Shown here in pieces: positions 37,927 through 50,770 of a DNA stretch of 64,000 bases. Positions within the stretch are counted from its first letter, which is position 1, and each line of letters starts with the position of its first letter. The notes under the pieces were generated by a model, which did no database searches, was not told the origin of the DNA, and was given only the letters and a program-made list of their open reading frames with translations. Origin of the DNA: Chrysemys picta bellii (Eukaryota); NCBI RefSeq assembly GCF_011386835.1, contig NC_088791.1, positions 346,704,001-346,768,000 on the forward strand, read 5' to 3'. The position numbers and the translations under genes were made by a program.

Positions 37927-39831
37927 ATGTAACGGAGCAGTTCCCCGTCGATGCAGCAGAGGGCAGTGGTGCACAGACAGGCCAGATCTAGCCAAACTCC
38001 CAGCTGCGGCCGCGTGCTGCACACGGTGTGTATTGAATCTTGCCGGGTCTCTCCAGCATTCACTCAGCCGCCTTAATTGCCCCGACAAGACCGTATTGAT
38101 TTTCATATTATCCTGGTTCCCCCGAGAGTGGCTGGGGCTCTGGTTCCTGAACGAACGGCGCTGCTTTTCTCCCACTAGCCCGAGAGCTAGCCGCGGCACC
38201 GCTGGCAAACAGCTGATGACGTGCGGCGATCAGCGTCCCACTCTGGGGAAGTCTTGCCGAGAGCTGGCTTTTCTCTGGTGCTCGGCCCCGGCTCCTCGAT
38301 TGTGGGAATGAAGGCTGAAAAAAACCGGTGTCTCCCTAGACGCCACCCACCGCGACCACTAGGAACGACGCAGGGATCCGGCTCAGCCCATGCCACTCCC
38401 AGTGCCCATGCCGGTGCCACCAGGGCTGGAGGGTGGTCACTGCCAGTCGGCTGCAAAGGGCTCAAGCGTTCTTCATAAAACCTCACAATCCGCTTAGCGC
38501 CACAGGCTCCAAAAAGAACCATTCGTCCTTTATTCCAAAACGTGTGTGACCACGTTAATTTCACCGTTGTTTGTTCTCAGCCCCTTTTGCTGTCCCTCCC
38601 CCCACTTCCTTCCCCTTTGTCCCTTTTGACACTGACTGTAGAGGGGAACAAAAATGGTTTTGTTTTTCAGGTTTCGTCAGAAATAATTGGGGAAAAGATT
38701 AAAAACTGGCCTGGTCAGCAGGAGGGAGGCTTTATGAACTCCGTCTCTTCATCCCTCTGTGCGTTCGGGGACACTAATGTCTCCTTCCTCCCACTCTTTG
38801 TTGCCCGTGTCTATTTTAAGCTGTATGGGGCAGGGCCCACCTCTCACGCCGTGTCTGGGCAGAACCCAGCGCAAGTGGACCCGATCTCAGCTGCGGCCTC
38901 TACTAACTTACTGATTTCATGCCGTTAAAGTGCTCGGAGATCCCCAGACGGCGGGAGCAGAGAATGGCAAGGGACTGTTATAACAAATATATCTTCCATA
39001 TAGGTGGGATCTTCTGTCCCGAGGGTCCTGAAGCACTTGACCAACTAGCAGCTCATCCATCCCAGAGCAGGCGTTTCTCCTCGCTGTGTGCTGAAGTGGT
39101 GAAACCACGTAGCAGCTCCACTTTTCTCTTCCTGAGGAGGTGTCCTCGCGCTTCCCAGCCGTGAGCCACGCCCCAGGGAGGTTTCAGCCGACGCCAGGTG
39201 GGGTTGGAGACTCACTCGGCAGAGCCCGTCTGGGCCAGCGCAGCTGGACAGTATTAGCCCCGTGAAATCAGTGGCAACGGTCCCACTGACGTCAGCGCAG
39301 CTTGGATCAGGCCCATCTCATCACTATGACATTGGCGGGTGGGCTCCTGGCCCTTCCCCAGCTGCCGTCGGTCTGATCCACTCAGCGGCTCAGAAAACCC
39401 TGCCATCTCAGCGCCCCCTTTGCATATCAATTCAGATGTCCCAGGCAGCTGGGTCCCTTCCCTGGCGTGAGGTGAACCCCGCCAGGTTGGGGTGGGAACA
39501 GGTCTCCGTGCGACGCAGCCAGGCCTCGTCCGTCTGCCGCGCTAGCGCCTGGGAGAGCCACAGGAGCAAACTCCGAATCAAGGCTTCACCGCGGAGACGG
39601 GCGCCGAGCTCTGGAGCTGGACGCCCCCAGGGTTCCTCGATTCCAGAGCCAGAAGGGACCTGTGTGATCCTGCCCCCATAATTCCTAGAGCAGATCTAGA
39701 GAACCGTCCCAGCGGGATTTAAACATGGCCAGGGACGGAGAGTCCCCCGCGCCCCTTGGTAAGTCGTCATGGTGGGTTCTCCATCCCTGACAAATGGTTC
39801 AGAACGGGGGCGGGGGATAGGGGGCGGCTCC

Positions 39832-40652
39832 TAGGGTTACCATACGTCCTCTTTTTCCCGGACATGTCCAGCTTTTCGGCAGTCAAACCCCCGTCCGGGG
39901 GGAATTGCCAAAAAGCCGAACATGTCCGGGAAAATGGCGGCTCTGCTCCTCCCCTGACTCTTCGGCTCTGTTTAAGAGCCGAGCTGCCCGAGCGCTATGG
40001 ACTTCAGGCAGCCCCCTTGCCTCCGGACCCCAGCCGCCGGCCGGGCACTTCCCCTCCCGGGCTCCGGCGGCGCAGGGTCCGGAGGCACGGGGGCTGCCCG
40101 AAGCCGGTAGCGCTCGGGCAGCCCGGCTCTTAAACAGAGCCGAAGAGTCGGGGAGGAGCAGAGCCGCCGCGGCTGGAGGCTCTGCTCCTCTTCGGCTCTG
40201 TTTAAGAGCCGGGCTGCCCGAGTGCTACCGGATTCGGGCAGCTCCCCATGCCTCCGGACCCTGCGCCGCCGGAGCCCGGGAGGGGAAGAGCCCGGCTGGG
40301 GGCGCAGGGTCCGGAGGCATAGGGGCTGCCCGAAGCCCGAGCGCTACCGGCTTCACGGTTTGCCGGGCAGCCTCCAGACCCTGCGCCCCCGGCTGGGCGC
40401 TTCCCCTCCTGGGCTCCAGCTGCGCTGGGGAAGCGCCGGCTGGGGGCGCAGGGTCTGGGGGCTGCCCGGGAAACCGTGAAGCCGGTAGCGCTGGGGCAGC
40501 CCTTTCCCCGTGACTGGGAGTGGGAGGGAGGAGGGGGCGGAGTTAGGGCGGGTAAGGGGCGGAGTTGGGGCGGGGCTAGGGGTGGGGGAAATGGGCGGGG
40601 TCAGGGCCCGTGGAGGGTCCTCTTTTTTTATTTATTAGATATGGTAACCCTA
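39832..40652. mobile_element. hAT-Blackjack-like MITE with internal inverted repeats
   Basis: tagggttaccata / tatggtaacccta perfect TIRs; perfect TSD gcggctcc. Confidence 0.93.
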
Positions 40653-40839
40653 GCGGCTCCTGCTCCCTCTGGACCTGGCTTTGCTGCTGTGACCGGCAGG
40701 GGGCAGATGAAGGAGCCGGGAGCTCTCCGCAAAGCCGGGCTGGCGGCTGAAATTTCCAGGCCAGCCCCGCTGAGCCAAGGGGAGCCTGGAGATTTGAGGT
40801 TTGTCTGGTGCCATTCCCTCGGCTACTGCTCTTCCACAC

Positions 40840-40980
40840 CTCCCCGGCTCTCCCACACCTCCCTCTCCTGCCCACCCACACCTCCCCGCCCTCCCACACC
40901 TCCCCCCCTGCCCTCCCACACCTCCCCCGTCCTCCCACACCTCCCTCCCCCGCTCTCCCACACCTCCCTCCCCCGCTCTC
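40840..40980 (+). repeat. C-rich (ctcccacacctcccc)n simple repeat
   Basis: Direct inspection. Confidence 0.85.
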
Positions 40981-41076
40981 CCTGCCATGGCTTGGAATGA
41001 TTCTCATTCCAGGCACAGCAAAGGGAGGCTTCTAACCCAGGGGCAGCAGACGGGAAGGGAGGCCCCCTCCTGCAGA

Positions 41077-41585
41077 CAGACACAGATCCCACCCCAGCAC
41101 ATCCCCGCTCCCACCAATGCAGATCCCCTTTGCATACCTGTTCAGAGAAACCCCTGGCACACACAGAGCACACCTCCCCTACACATGTGGAGATCTCCTG
41201 CGCCCNNNNNNNNNNNNNNNNNNNNNNNNNNNNNNNNNNNNNNNNNNNNNNNNNNNNNNNNNNNNNNNNNNNNNNNNNNNNNNNNNNNNNNNNNNNNNNN
41301 NNNNNNNNNNNNNNNNNNNNNNNNNNNNNNNNNNNACACAGATCACCTGCACACACACACACAAATTCTCTGCACATGCACACACACAGATCCCTGCAGA
41401 CGCACACATGCGTGCACACGCACACATGCGTGCACACACACACACACACAGATCCCCTGCACACATGCATGCACACACACACAGATCCCCTGCACACATG
41501 TATGTGCACACACACAGAGATCCCCTGCAGACCCATGCACACACACACAGATCCCCTGTACACAGGTGTGTGCACACACACACTA
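41077..41585 (+). repeat. CA-rich minisatellite (cacacagatcccctgcacac...) interrupted by a 130-N gap (41206-41335)
   Basis: Direct inspection. Confidence 0.9.
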
Positions 41586-41892
41586 TGGGGGAAGGGTCAC
41601 TGAGTCTCTTTACCCCCAACCTGCCATCATCCCCTCCAGCCTTCCCCAGGGCGCGCTGCCAAGCCATTCCCCCGCGGGCACCCAGGGTAAGGACTGGGTG
41701 CCAACGCCGGAGTCCCTTTTGGCTGACGCTGCGGCAGGCTGCCCCAGGGAGTTGGGCAGCAGGGGCACTAGGCAGGAGTGTGACTGATCTCCTGGGCACC
41801 CTGGCTGGCAGAGACGGCCTGTAGCCCCATCCAGCGGGGGCACCACGAGGTGCTGGGGGAGGCGCAGGGCAGGGAGCCCAGATGTTACTCAC

Positions 41893-41952
41893 ATGCTTCT
41901 CTAGCGCCCGCAGGTTCTGCTCGTCCGACTCGCTCAGCCGCCCACAGTGCAC
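41893..41952 (-). CDS. PDE2A: PDE2A coding exon: VHCGRLSESDEQNLRALEKH
   Basis: accag|GTG and CAT|gtgagt; 60 nt; human [20 protein letters not shown]. Confidence 0.94.
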
Positions 41953-42882
41953 CTGGTGGGGCAAGGAGAGACAGTGAGTACACGGGCACCCCCGCCAGCC
42001 CCGGTCTCCCCACCCCCAGCTCTGGGGATGGGTCTCTGCGCTGACCAGCAGCCTCCCCGTCTTCCCAGTCCTGCTCCCGCCCCGCGATCTGCCGAGGCCT
42101 GCAGCAGCCTAGCTCTGCCAGCCCCGCGCCACGCAGCAGTCAGGGAATACCGGGGCTGGATGGGTGAGAATTGCACAGGGCAAACAGACCATCAATAGGC
42201 AACAAGAAAGGAACAGAAATGGATGAGCAGAGCTGCGCCCCCTGCTGGCAGGCACTGTGCGCACCACCCGACGAGCCGGCCCTTTCCCAGAGCTCTCCAG
42301 AGCGCTGCGCTATCCCGCCCAGAGCGCAGCCAACGCTCTCGCCAGAGCCCTGCTCTGCCAGCTGCCCTCGGCCTCTCTCACGCCCTTAGCACCCCCGTCC
42401 TGCAGGTCCAGCGGGGACGCCATGGGATCTAGATAACCCACCTGTGCCTCTAGCTCGGCCCTGCTGCCTGAGGGCCATGGGAGAGCAGGGAGCACCGGAG
42501 ACGTCACCCTGTTGTCTGGAGAGCCGTGAGCCCACACCCCTGAACCGCGGGGCCATCTCTAGCCTCCAGCTAGTAGCCTCCAGCAACGTGGATAGGCGCG
42601 GGCTGCTCAAACCAACTGTACTGACGGTGTTTGCCCACAGCTAGCGGCCAGCAGACCGGGAACGGTCCAGCCAGACAACAGCGAGCAAATTAAAAAGCCA
42701 CCTCCAGGCCGGGCCTTTAAGCTGGGAGGTTAATGAGCATTGATAACAGCACTGACAAGGCTAGATTGCACCTTCCCGGCTCCTTCTGTACACACGTCTC
42801 AAAGGCCTTTACGAACACCAATGCGTTAAGCCTCCCAACCGGCCCAGGAGGTAGGTCAGTGTTCCTATCCCCACCCAACCGT

Positions 42883-42980
42883 TGGGGAAACTGAGGCAGA
42901 GAGCAGGGAAGCGGCTGCCCTCGGTGTCTCCAGGCGTCAGTGACAGAGCTGGGAACAGGATCCAGGAGTCCTGAATCTAG
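42883..42980 (-). mobile_element. CORE/MIR-like SINE remnant
   Basis: ggggaaactgaggca core with the tRNA-like head in reverse. Confidence 0.6.
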
Positions 42981-44934
42981 CAAGCCTGACTCCCAGCCCG
43001 GTGGCACATTGCAGTCGCTCTGAAGAAGGGTTTTCCCAGGCCGGTTCAATCCGCCCCAGGGCCTTGTTTGACTCTCGCTCACACAGGTGGGAATCGGGAG
43101 GAACACCAAGGAAATCCATGGAGTTTGTGGCTGCAAAGCCGGCACCACTAGCCGCAGGACCAGGCCCGTAGCTGTGTAATAGCTGGTCTCGCTGCGCTGA
43201 CTTCAGACGTCCAGCGACGCCGGCGGCAGTGCAGACGGGCTCAGGCTTCACCAGCCACGGCCGAAAGTGGCGCTTCGCCCAGCCAGGCAGCTGGGCTGAG
43301 ACCAGCTCTCCGTCCGTGCTGGCTTGTCCGGACTGCGCTGGATTAGGACAGCTGATGGCGCAGCCAGGGGGCGAGCGTGAACCGCTCAGCCTGCCATTTC
43401 CAGCACCGATCTTCAACCCCTAGGGGGCGACAGCCAGCAGAGCAGCTGGACGACGGGAGAGCAACGCTTCGTTGGGCAAAAGCAGCCCTGGGGCTTGAGC
43501 CAAAGGAGGCGCTTTCCTTTGACCCCACTGGGCTCTGGAGCAGCACCTGCAGCCTGCAGATGAAGTGAGAACGTCTGTCCTATTTTTATGATGCCGATGC
43601 GTGCCTCAGTTTCCCTCCTGTACTTTGCGTTACTGCCCAGTGGAGGCAAGAGGGTTAAGTCTGCCCCTGGGGCAGGGCAGGGGAGAGGAGGCGTGTGCCT
43701 GGCCTTGCTGTAGCAGTGACTGGCTCGTGAGAGCAGCCCCCTTGCCATGCAGGAGAGCTGAAGCCAGTCGCCATGTGGCTGCCCCTTACGGGAGAGCAGG
43801 TCCCCTTGGGCGTCTGGCCCACTGACCAGTCCTCCAAGGGACTGTTTCGAAGCTGGGGCGTAGCTCTGTGACCAGCCTGGAGCCAAGCCCCTCGGCCGCT
43901 GTAAATCCACAGAGATCTTGTAGTGAGGCCGATTCGACCTGCTCAGGATCTCCCCGTGCCCTGCGGGAAAGGCTGCGTGCGATGGTGTGGTAGGACCCCC
44001 GCGTTATTCAATGGACTCCACCCTCGGGCGCAGGTGGGCTGGCGGAGGCACCTGCACTACGCGAAGGCACCAGGATGGGCCTAGACGCTGGTCTCATAAC
44101 GCCTCCCTGCTGCCGACTCACCAGTGTTTGGAGAGCACTTGGGATCTGCGGGGAACTGGCGCTGGAGCAAGACAGCACTTGGGGACTAATTGATCGGCAA
44201 AAACCTTTCCAAAGCAACCCGGATTGATGGGGCGGGAGGTTGCCCGGCCACCTGGCTTTCGCCAGCTCTAGCAGTCCCCAGGCTTCGCCTGCCCCCGAGG
44301 CCAGAGAGACAAAGGGAGAGCCCAGCTGGGCATCAGTCAGAGAGGCGCCGCTTGGCTCCGGCACGTCGGGGCCAAGATCCTGCTCTGACCTACACAGGTG
44401 ATTTGCCAACCGGCTCAGAGCCCCCCGTGCCGGCCGCTGCGGCACATCCGGCTGGCCGGGCGAAGAAGTAAATTCACCCCAATACATGACGGGTGGCAGA
44501 ATGTGGGTGTGTGGAGAGATCACAAGACTGCGGTGAATGCATCAACAGTTTTGCACCATGTGTCTCTTGTGATCACGTTTTCCCTGGCACCCGGTAAGAC
44601 ACGCTCGGGTTCATTAGCTCTCTTCCTCCAATTCACAGTAGCGGCTCTCGGCCACCCACCAGCTGCCCATCGCTCACACTAGGTACCCGGGAAATGACAA
44701 TCACCCGCACACCTGAAAAGAGAGGCCGGGGGCACTGACAGAGAGGAGACAGCTTCCACTCCCGCCTGCGCTGCAGCGTGCCCGGGGCAGCCAGCCGCAG
44801 TCCTCAGCTCTCAACCCCCAGACTCACAGGGATTTGGGGTTCGGTGCTACCTTTGCAGCTGGAACTCATCTTACACTTGTGGGCCAAGTTGGGGGTGTAG
44901 AACTCGCACTTGTGTGTTGGAGCACGTGTTTGTT

Positions 44935-45730
44935 GGAACATGTACCCTCTGTGTTACTGCACATGGGTTAAAACATGTACCCCTGTGTGTTACAGCATGT
45001 GTGTGTTACAACATGTACTCCTGTGTGTTACAGCATGTGTGCTAGAACATGTGCCCCTGTGAGTTACAGTACATATATGTTAGAACATGTACCCCTGTGT
45101 TACTGCACATGTTAAAGCATGTACCCCTGTGTGTTACAGCACGTGTGTTGGAACATGTACCCCTATGTGTTACAGCACGTGTGTTAGAACATGTACTGCT
45201 GTGTGTTACAGTACGTGCATGTTAGAACATGTACCCCTGTGTGTTACAGCATGTGTGCTAGAACATGTGCCCCTGTGCGTTACAATATGTGTGTGTTAGA
45301 ATATGGATCCCTGTGTGTTACAGTACTTGTGTGTTAGAACATGGACCCCTGTGTGTTACAGCATGTGTGCTAGAACATGTGCCCCTGTGCGTTACAATAT
45401 GTGTGTGTTAGAACATGGACCCCTGTGTGTTACAGCATGTGTGCTAGAACATGTGCCCCTGTGTGTTACAGTATGTGTGTGTTAGAACATGTGCCCCTGT
45501 GCGTTACAATACATGTGTGTTAGAACATGTGCCCTTGTGTGTTACAGTATGTGTGTGTTAGAACATGTACCCCTGTGTGTTACAGTACATGTGTGTTAGA
45601 ACATGTGCCCCTGTGTGTTACAGTACTTGTGTGTTAGAACATGTACCCCTGTGTGTTCTTGCACATGTATTAAAACGTGCCAGTGTGTTACAGAACATGC
45701 ATTAGAACATGTACCCCTGTGTGTGTCTGT
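44935..45730 (+). repeat. 36/38-bp minisatellite (gtgttacagcatgtgtgttagaacatgtacccctgt), about 20 copies
   Basis: Direct inspection. Confidence 0.95.
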
Positions 45731-47278
45731 CTGTGTAACACCATCTGTCTGCCATGCACGTGTGTGTGACAGCACATAGGCATGTGCGTGGCAGACAGAT
45801 GGGGTTACACACAGAGAGAGGCTGTGGGTATTTTCTTTGTTTCTCAATTCCAATCCCCTTTCCCCCTCTTTCAGACTGGAGTGTGCGTAGCTCCTAGCTC
45901 GTTACTGTCTCTAATTAATTAGCGCTTTGCTCTTAGCAACTGCTTGGAGGCTGACAACATTGACAAGCTGGGCCAGAACGGCATCCAAGAACGGCACAGT
46001 AAAAACTCCTCGCTCTTCATTGTTCCAAGGAGCTGAACTGGTGCCAGGCGCTTTCCATGGGAAGCAGCGAGGGCTCCGAGAAATCAGGCATCGCCAGCGA
46101 GCTAATGGGCTGTTTGCTCTCCTAAATCAGTCATTAAGTAACGGAATCACCTGCTCTCAGGGGGGCCGGCTGCCACTTGGAAGTGGCATTAGTGAATTAG
46201 AGCGTGAGCTGTTTGAGAGGAGAGGTGCGGCGTGAGAGTCGCTGAACGGGCTAGGGTGGCTCGGATTGGCAGATCTTCCCACGGAGCTTCCCTCCCCTGG
46301 GGTCTCCGGACGGGTGCTGGATACAGCGGGGAAAGCAACTGAACAAATATCCCAGGCCGAGCTCTGATTCCGAGGAGGAGGAAGAGCTGAAGACTCATTG
46401 GTGTCTGTGTCCCTGTTGCTATTGGTGTTTTACGGGGCTGGGCACCAATGCCAAGCCCTTAGACAGCCTTTTAAGTGCGTCTCCGTTAGGGTTTTATGCC
46501 AGATCAGCTTAGTGAAACTGGTGCAGCTCTTTTAGCACAGGGCAGGCCGCCGAATGCACTGACTGTATTCCCATAGTGCCTGTGGCGTGGAAGGAGCTGG
46601 ACAGACCAGGGACATGACCCAGCACCTGTCCCTGGGAGCCGAAATTGGACGGAGCCCCACGGAGCTGCATGTGCGGCCTCTTTGGGGCTAGATCTGAACT
46701 CTGCCATTTGGGAGGTGGGGACGGGATGGAGGGAAAAAGGGGCTGAGGATGGACAGAGAGGGGAAGGGCGCAAGTGTGCCATGCAGAGGTGGCTTTGACA
46801 GCAGAGATGGCTTGGTGCGATGGGCATAGGACTGCCTAGGTCCCCTGCTACTACAGGCAGCCCTGTCGTACAATGCTGGTCCGAAATCTACGGAGCTGTC
46901 TTAAAACTACCCTGTAACCGACCATCCTCCCAGCAATGGACACTGCTAACTGGGATCAGCCCTCTCCAGCCTGTTACAGCCATTTGTCTCTTTTCGACAC
47001 TCTGGTGACGCTTGGCTAGCGTGTCAGCCCAACAAAGTCCCCCTGAACTGAACAGCCTGGGTCGCGTGTGTGAAAGGGCATACGTGTACATCACCTATGT
47101 AGGACCTCGTGCCTGTGAAAAACCCACGGGAGCTTCCCACTGCTGGCAGCGGTCTGCCTCGTGCCTGGGCCGCATGCACAGAGGTGCCGCGCGGCAGAGA
47201 GGGTGAACATGTCACATCTGTGCGAGCCCATGGCACGTACGTCAACACCCGTGCGCGTGAACAGCGGCGGGGCTAGGA

Positions 47279-48100
47279 TAGGGTTACCATTCGTCCGGAT
47301 TTACCCGGACATGTCCTCCTTTTTGTGCTAAAAATAGCGTCCGGGGGGAATTTGTAAATAACTCAAAATGTCCGGGATTTCCCCCCTCCCCCGGCAGAGC
47401 AGAGCGAGCAGCTGGGAGGGCTGCAGGGAAGTCACGGGCTGGACTCCGGAGCAGCTGTAGAGGAGCCGGATCCGCCCTGCATTCTGAGCTGGCAGCTCTC
47501 CCCTGCAGCCCGGCTCCGGCAGCACTGTGCAGGGCCAGGGACCGGGTTTTGTTGTGCTGGGGAGCGCAGCCATGTGTCCGGCTCGCACAGAGCCCAACAC
47601 CCTGTTCTGAGCAGCAGGGTTAGGGGGCCAGGGGGCAGGAGAAGGGGCAGGGAGGTTCTGGAGGGGGCAGTCAAGAAACGGGGGGGGGGGTCGGGAGTTC
47701 AGGGGGGGGGGCTTTTTGGGGGGAGTGGAGAAAGTTTTGGGCAGTCAGGGTACAGGTAGGGGGTAGGGTCCTGGGGGGTAGTTGGGGGGGTCTTAGGAGG
47801 GGGCAGTTAGGGGACAAGGAACAAGGAGTCTTAGGTAGGGGGTGGGGTTCTGGAGGGCAGTTAGGAGCAGGGGTCCCAGGAGGGGGCAGTCAGGGGACAA
47901 GGAGCGGGGCGGTGGGGGGCTGGGAGTTCTGGGGGGGAGCTGTCAGGGGGCAGGAATGGGGAGAGGGATCGGAGCAATCAGGGGACAGGGAGCAGAGGGG
48001 TTTAGATGGGTTGGGAGTTCTGGGGGGGGCGGGAAGTGGGAGGGGCAGGGGCGGGGCTCCTCCCGTCCTCTTTTTTGCTTGCTGAAATATGGTAACCCTA
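47279..48100. mobile_element. hAT-Blackjack-like MITE
   Basis: tagggttaccat / atggtaacccta TIRs; perfect TSD ggctagga. Confidence 0.93.
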
Positions 48101-49841
48101 GGCTAGGAGTGCTCCCCAGTGACGGGCCCAACGCGTGAGTTTGAGAAAGGTCAGTGCTTGTTAATCATCTTAATTCCTTTTTAATAAGCGCTGGAGAAAA
48201 ATCTCTTGCTGCTCGTCTCGCTCCTTAATCCACTTAAACCCTCCTCTCTCCCTGCTCCCTGAGCTGATTAGCGGGAGCCGTGTACCCCGATGGTGTCGGG
48301 GCCTTTTCAGGGCCGGGCCCAGGCGGCATGTGCCGAGAGGCAGACAGGGGCTCTTAGTTAACCTTGCGTTTCATCTCGCCGCCCCCTTCGCACACGCCTC
48401 CACTTCAACGCCAGCATTCAGAAGAGCTCCCTCCTGCCCGTCTCCCGGCCCCCGCCGGACCCATTGCAACAGCCTGCTTGGCACACGGCTGATTGCTGAG
48501 TCACCCCTGTACCAGCCAGCCCGCAGCTCCCTGGGGCGTGCAAACCCCTGACTGCACGGGAGCAGTTGACACCAAACGGATCAGCTTACAACCCAGAACA
48601 GCCCTGCGGCCGGGCAGGACTCCACAGACATAAGCAGGAATCAAACCCACGGGCCTCTGCTCCAAAGGCACTCACCTACCATCTCCTGCTGCAGTCTAGG
48701 GCCGGGTGCAGCTCCCAGGGCCCCCCCGAGGGGGCAGCGGAGACACGCCCATTGGCCAGTACGTGGTGCTGTGGCGCCGTGGGGAGCGGAGCGGGTAGGG
48801 GCCCATGCTGAGTGCTCCCTGCTGAGGACGGGGGTCCAGCGATAGCTGATGAGCTTCGCTTTCCCTTGACTCATCTCAGCAAGGGGCAGCGCGTTCACGC
48901 TGACTGGTCCTAACCCAGCCGGGGGCTGATCTGTCCGGTCACGGCCAGGCTCCGGTGTGGCCCCGGGGTTCCATTTAATAGGGGAAAAATGACTGGCCCC
49001 CTCCGCAGTTCTACCCCTTCGCCCGCAGGGGGAGCCAGGGAGCAGCACATGCAGCTGAGCACCAGGGAGCAAGGCACCCTCAGTTCTCCGGCTTCACCTC
49101 TAGAGGGAGCCAGCGAGCTTCCGTTCCCACGTCCGCTAGGCCTGGGCTTCCACCAGGCTGCCCCGGGCTGGTCATTGCGAAAGTTAACAGTGAGCAGCGG
49201 CAGCCGGGCAGCCCAGAGATGGGTGGGAAGCCGGTGGCAGCCATCCACCCCATGTGCCCCCCAGGAACTAACGCTTGTACGGCCAGGCTTTGTGAGATCT
49301 GCCCCCACCCCTGCTCAGCCAGTGGCACCCATGTGAGGACACAGCCGTGGCAGGGGGCAATCCTGGGCACCCATGTATGGAGGCCGCCCTCTCCCTGCCA
49401 CCCCCAGGGTCCTGCGGTGGGCACATCCCATGCACCGATCAGCTCCAAGCTCTGCCTGCAGCTGACGGCCACAGGGAGAAGTGGCCCGTCAGTCCCTTGC
49501 AGGGATGGGCCCAGGGCCTGGGGCAGCAAATCACCCCCCTTTCCACCCGAGCTAAAGCCCAACCCGCTCGGCTAGGGAGCACGTGGCAGGCCCACGGTCT
49601 CCGGGCTGAGAGAAGCCAGCGTATTGGTGCTGTGTGGGGCTAAGCAGCCGCTGCGTTCCACTGCGTAGGTTCCTATGTCACATGGGGGGCAGGTGGGGAG
49701 TTGGGGGCCCGTCTGCAATGGGCTGTGCAATCCTGCAGCACAGACACCTCCGTATACAAAGGCTGGCCCCAGAGCATGTCTTGCTGCCAGTTCCTCTGAC
49801 CTGCCCCTTTCTCCCCCTCCCACTAGCTCCCATTCACTTAC

Positions 49842-49897
49842 CAGGATGACCGCGACCACCTCCGCCGAGTCCTTGTCCACCAGCGGGTTTATCAACA
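49842..49897 (-). CDS. PDE2A: PDE2A coding exon: (V)LINPLVDKDSAEVVAVIL
   Basis: tgcag|TG and CTG|gtaagt; 56 nt; human VLVMPLADKEAGAVAAVIL. Confidence 0.93.
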
Positions 49898-50034
49898 CTG
49901 CAAAGCAAGACAGCAAAGTCAGCCCGGGGCAGAGGAGACGCAAAACTAGGGCAATAATAGGGGAAGCAGGATGGGGACACGTGCTGGCATTTGCAGACTT
50001 GGTGATGTCTGGTGAGATACCACAGATGGGTAGC

Positions 50035-50520
50035 TATCCATCCATCCACCCCATGTATGCTCCTTTCCATCAATCCATCCATCCATCCATTCACCCACCT
50101 CATGTACCCCCTCTCCATCAATCCATCCACCCCATGTACACTCCTTTCTAGCCATCCTTCCACCCCATGTACCACCCTGTCCATCCATCCATCCACGCCT
50201 ATCCATCCATCCCACGTATCCCCTCTCCATAAATCCATCTATCCACCCCATGTACCCCCATCTCCACCCACCCATCCATTCACCCCATGAATCCCAGTCT
50301 CATCCAGCCATCCCATGTACCCCATTATCTATCCATCCATTCCTCCATTCCATGTATCCCGCTCTCCATCCATCCCATGTACCCTGCTTTCCATCCATCC
50401 ATCCACCCCATGTACACCTCTCTCCATCCATCCATCCCCCCATCCATCCCATGTCCCCTCCTCTCCATCCATCGATCTATCCTATGTGCTTCGTGGTCTG
50501 TCTCTCCCATGTACCCCACA
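50035..50520 (+). repeat. (CCAT)n / ccaccccatgta compound repeat in a 763-bp intron
   Basis: Direct inspection. Confidence 0.9.
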
Positions 50521-50660
50521 ACAGAGCTGTTGATTGATCTATCTGTGCCCTGCACGTGTCACTGCAGTAACTGAGCACTAGTCCATCAGAAATGCAGAGG
50601 ATGAAACACAAGGACTCCTGCTCCACCCCCCCCTCCCCGCACGCCCCGGCCTCTTCCTAC

Positions 50661-50770
50661 CTTGTTTATCAGGAGGCAAAGGTGCTGCCAGGCTGTCCAT
50701 CGGTTTGCCCTGGAGCTCTGACTGGGGCAGCCCATTGCATCCCACCTGCTTCTGCTTGAGGACGGCATCC
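50661..50770 (-). CDS. PDE2A: PDE2A coding exon: (R)DAVLKQKQVGCNGLPQSELQGKPMDSLAAPLPPDKQ(V); most 5' exon found in the window
   Basis: tccag|G and CAAG|gtagg; 110 nt; human [37 protein letters not shown]. Confidence 0.93.

Noticed and set aside
39860-39927. Two perfect p53 half-sites (ggacatgtcc, gaacatgtcc)
   Set aside because: They are 48 bp apart, which is not a canonical response element; they are subterminal motifs of the MITE.
40801-41964. Long His/Thr- or Cys/Val-rich ORFs (up to 328 aa)
   Set aside because: These are translations of CA/TG repeats through an N gap; only 41893-41952 is a real exon.
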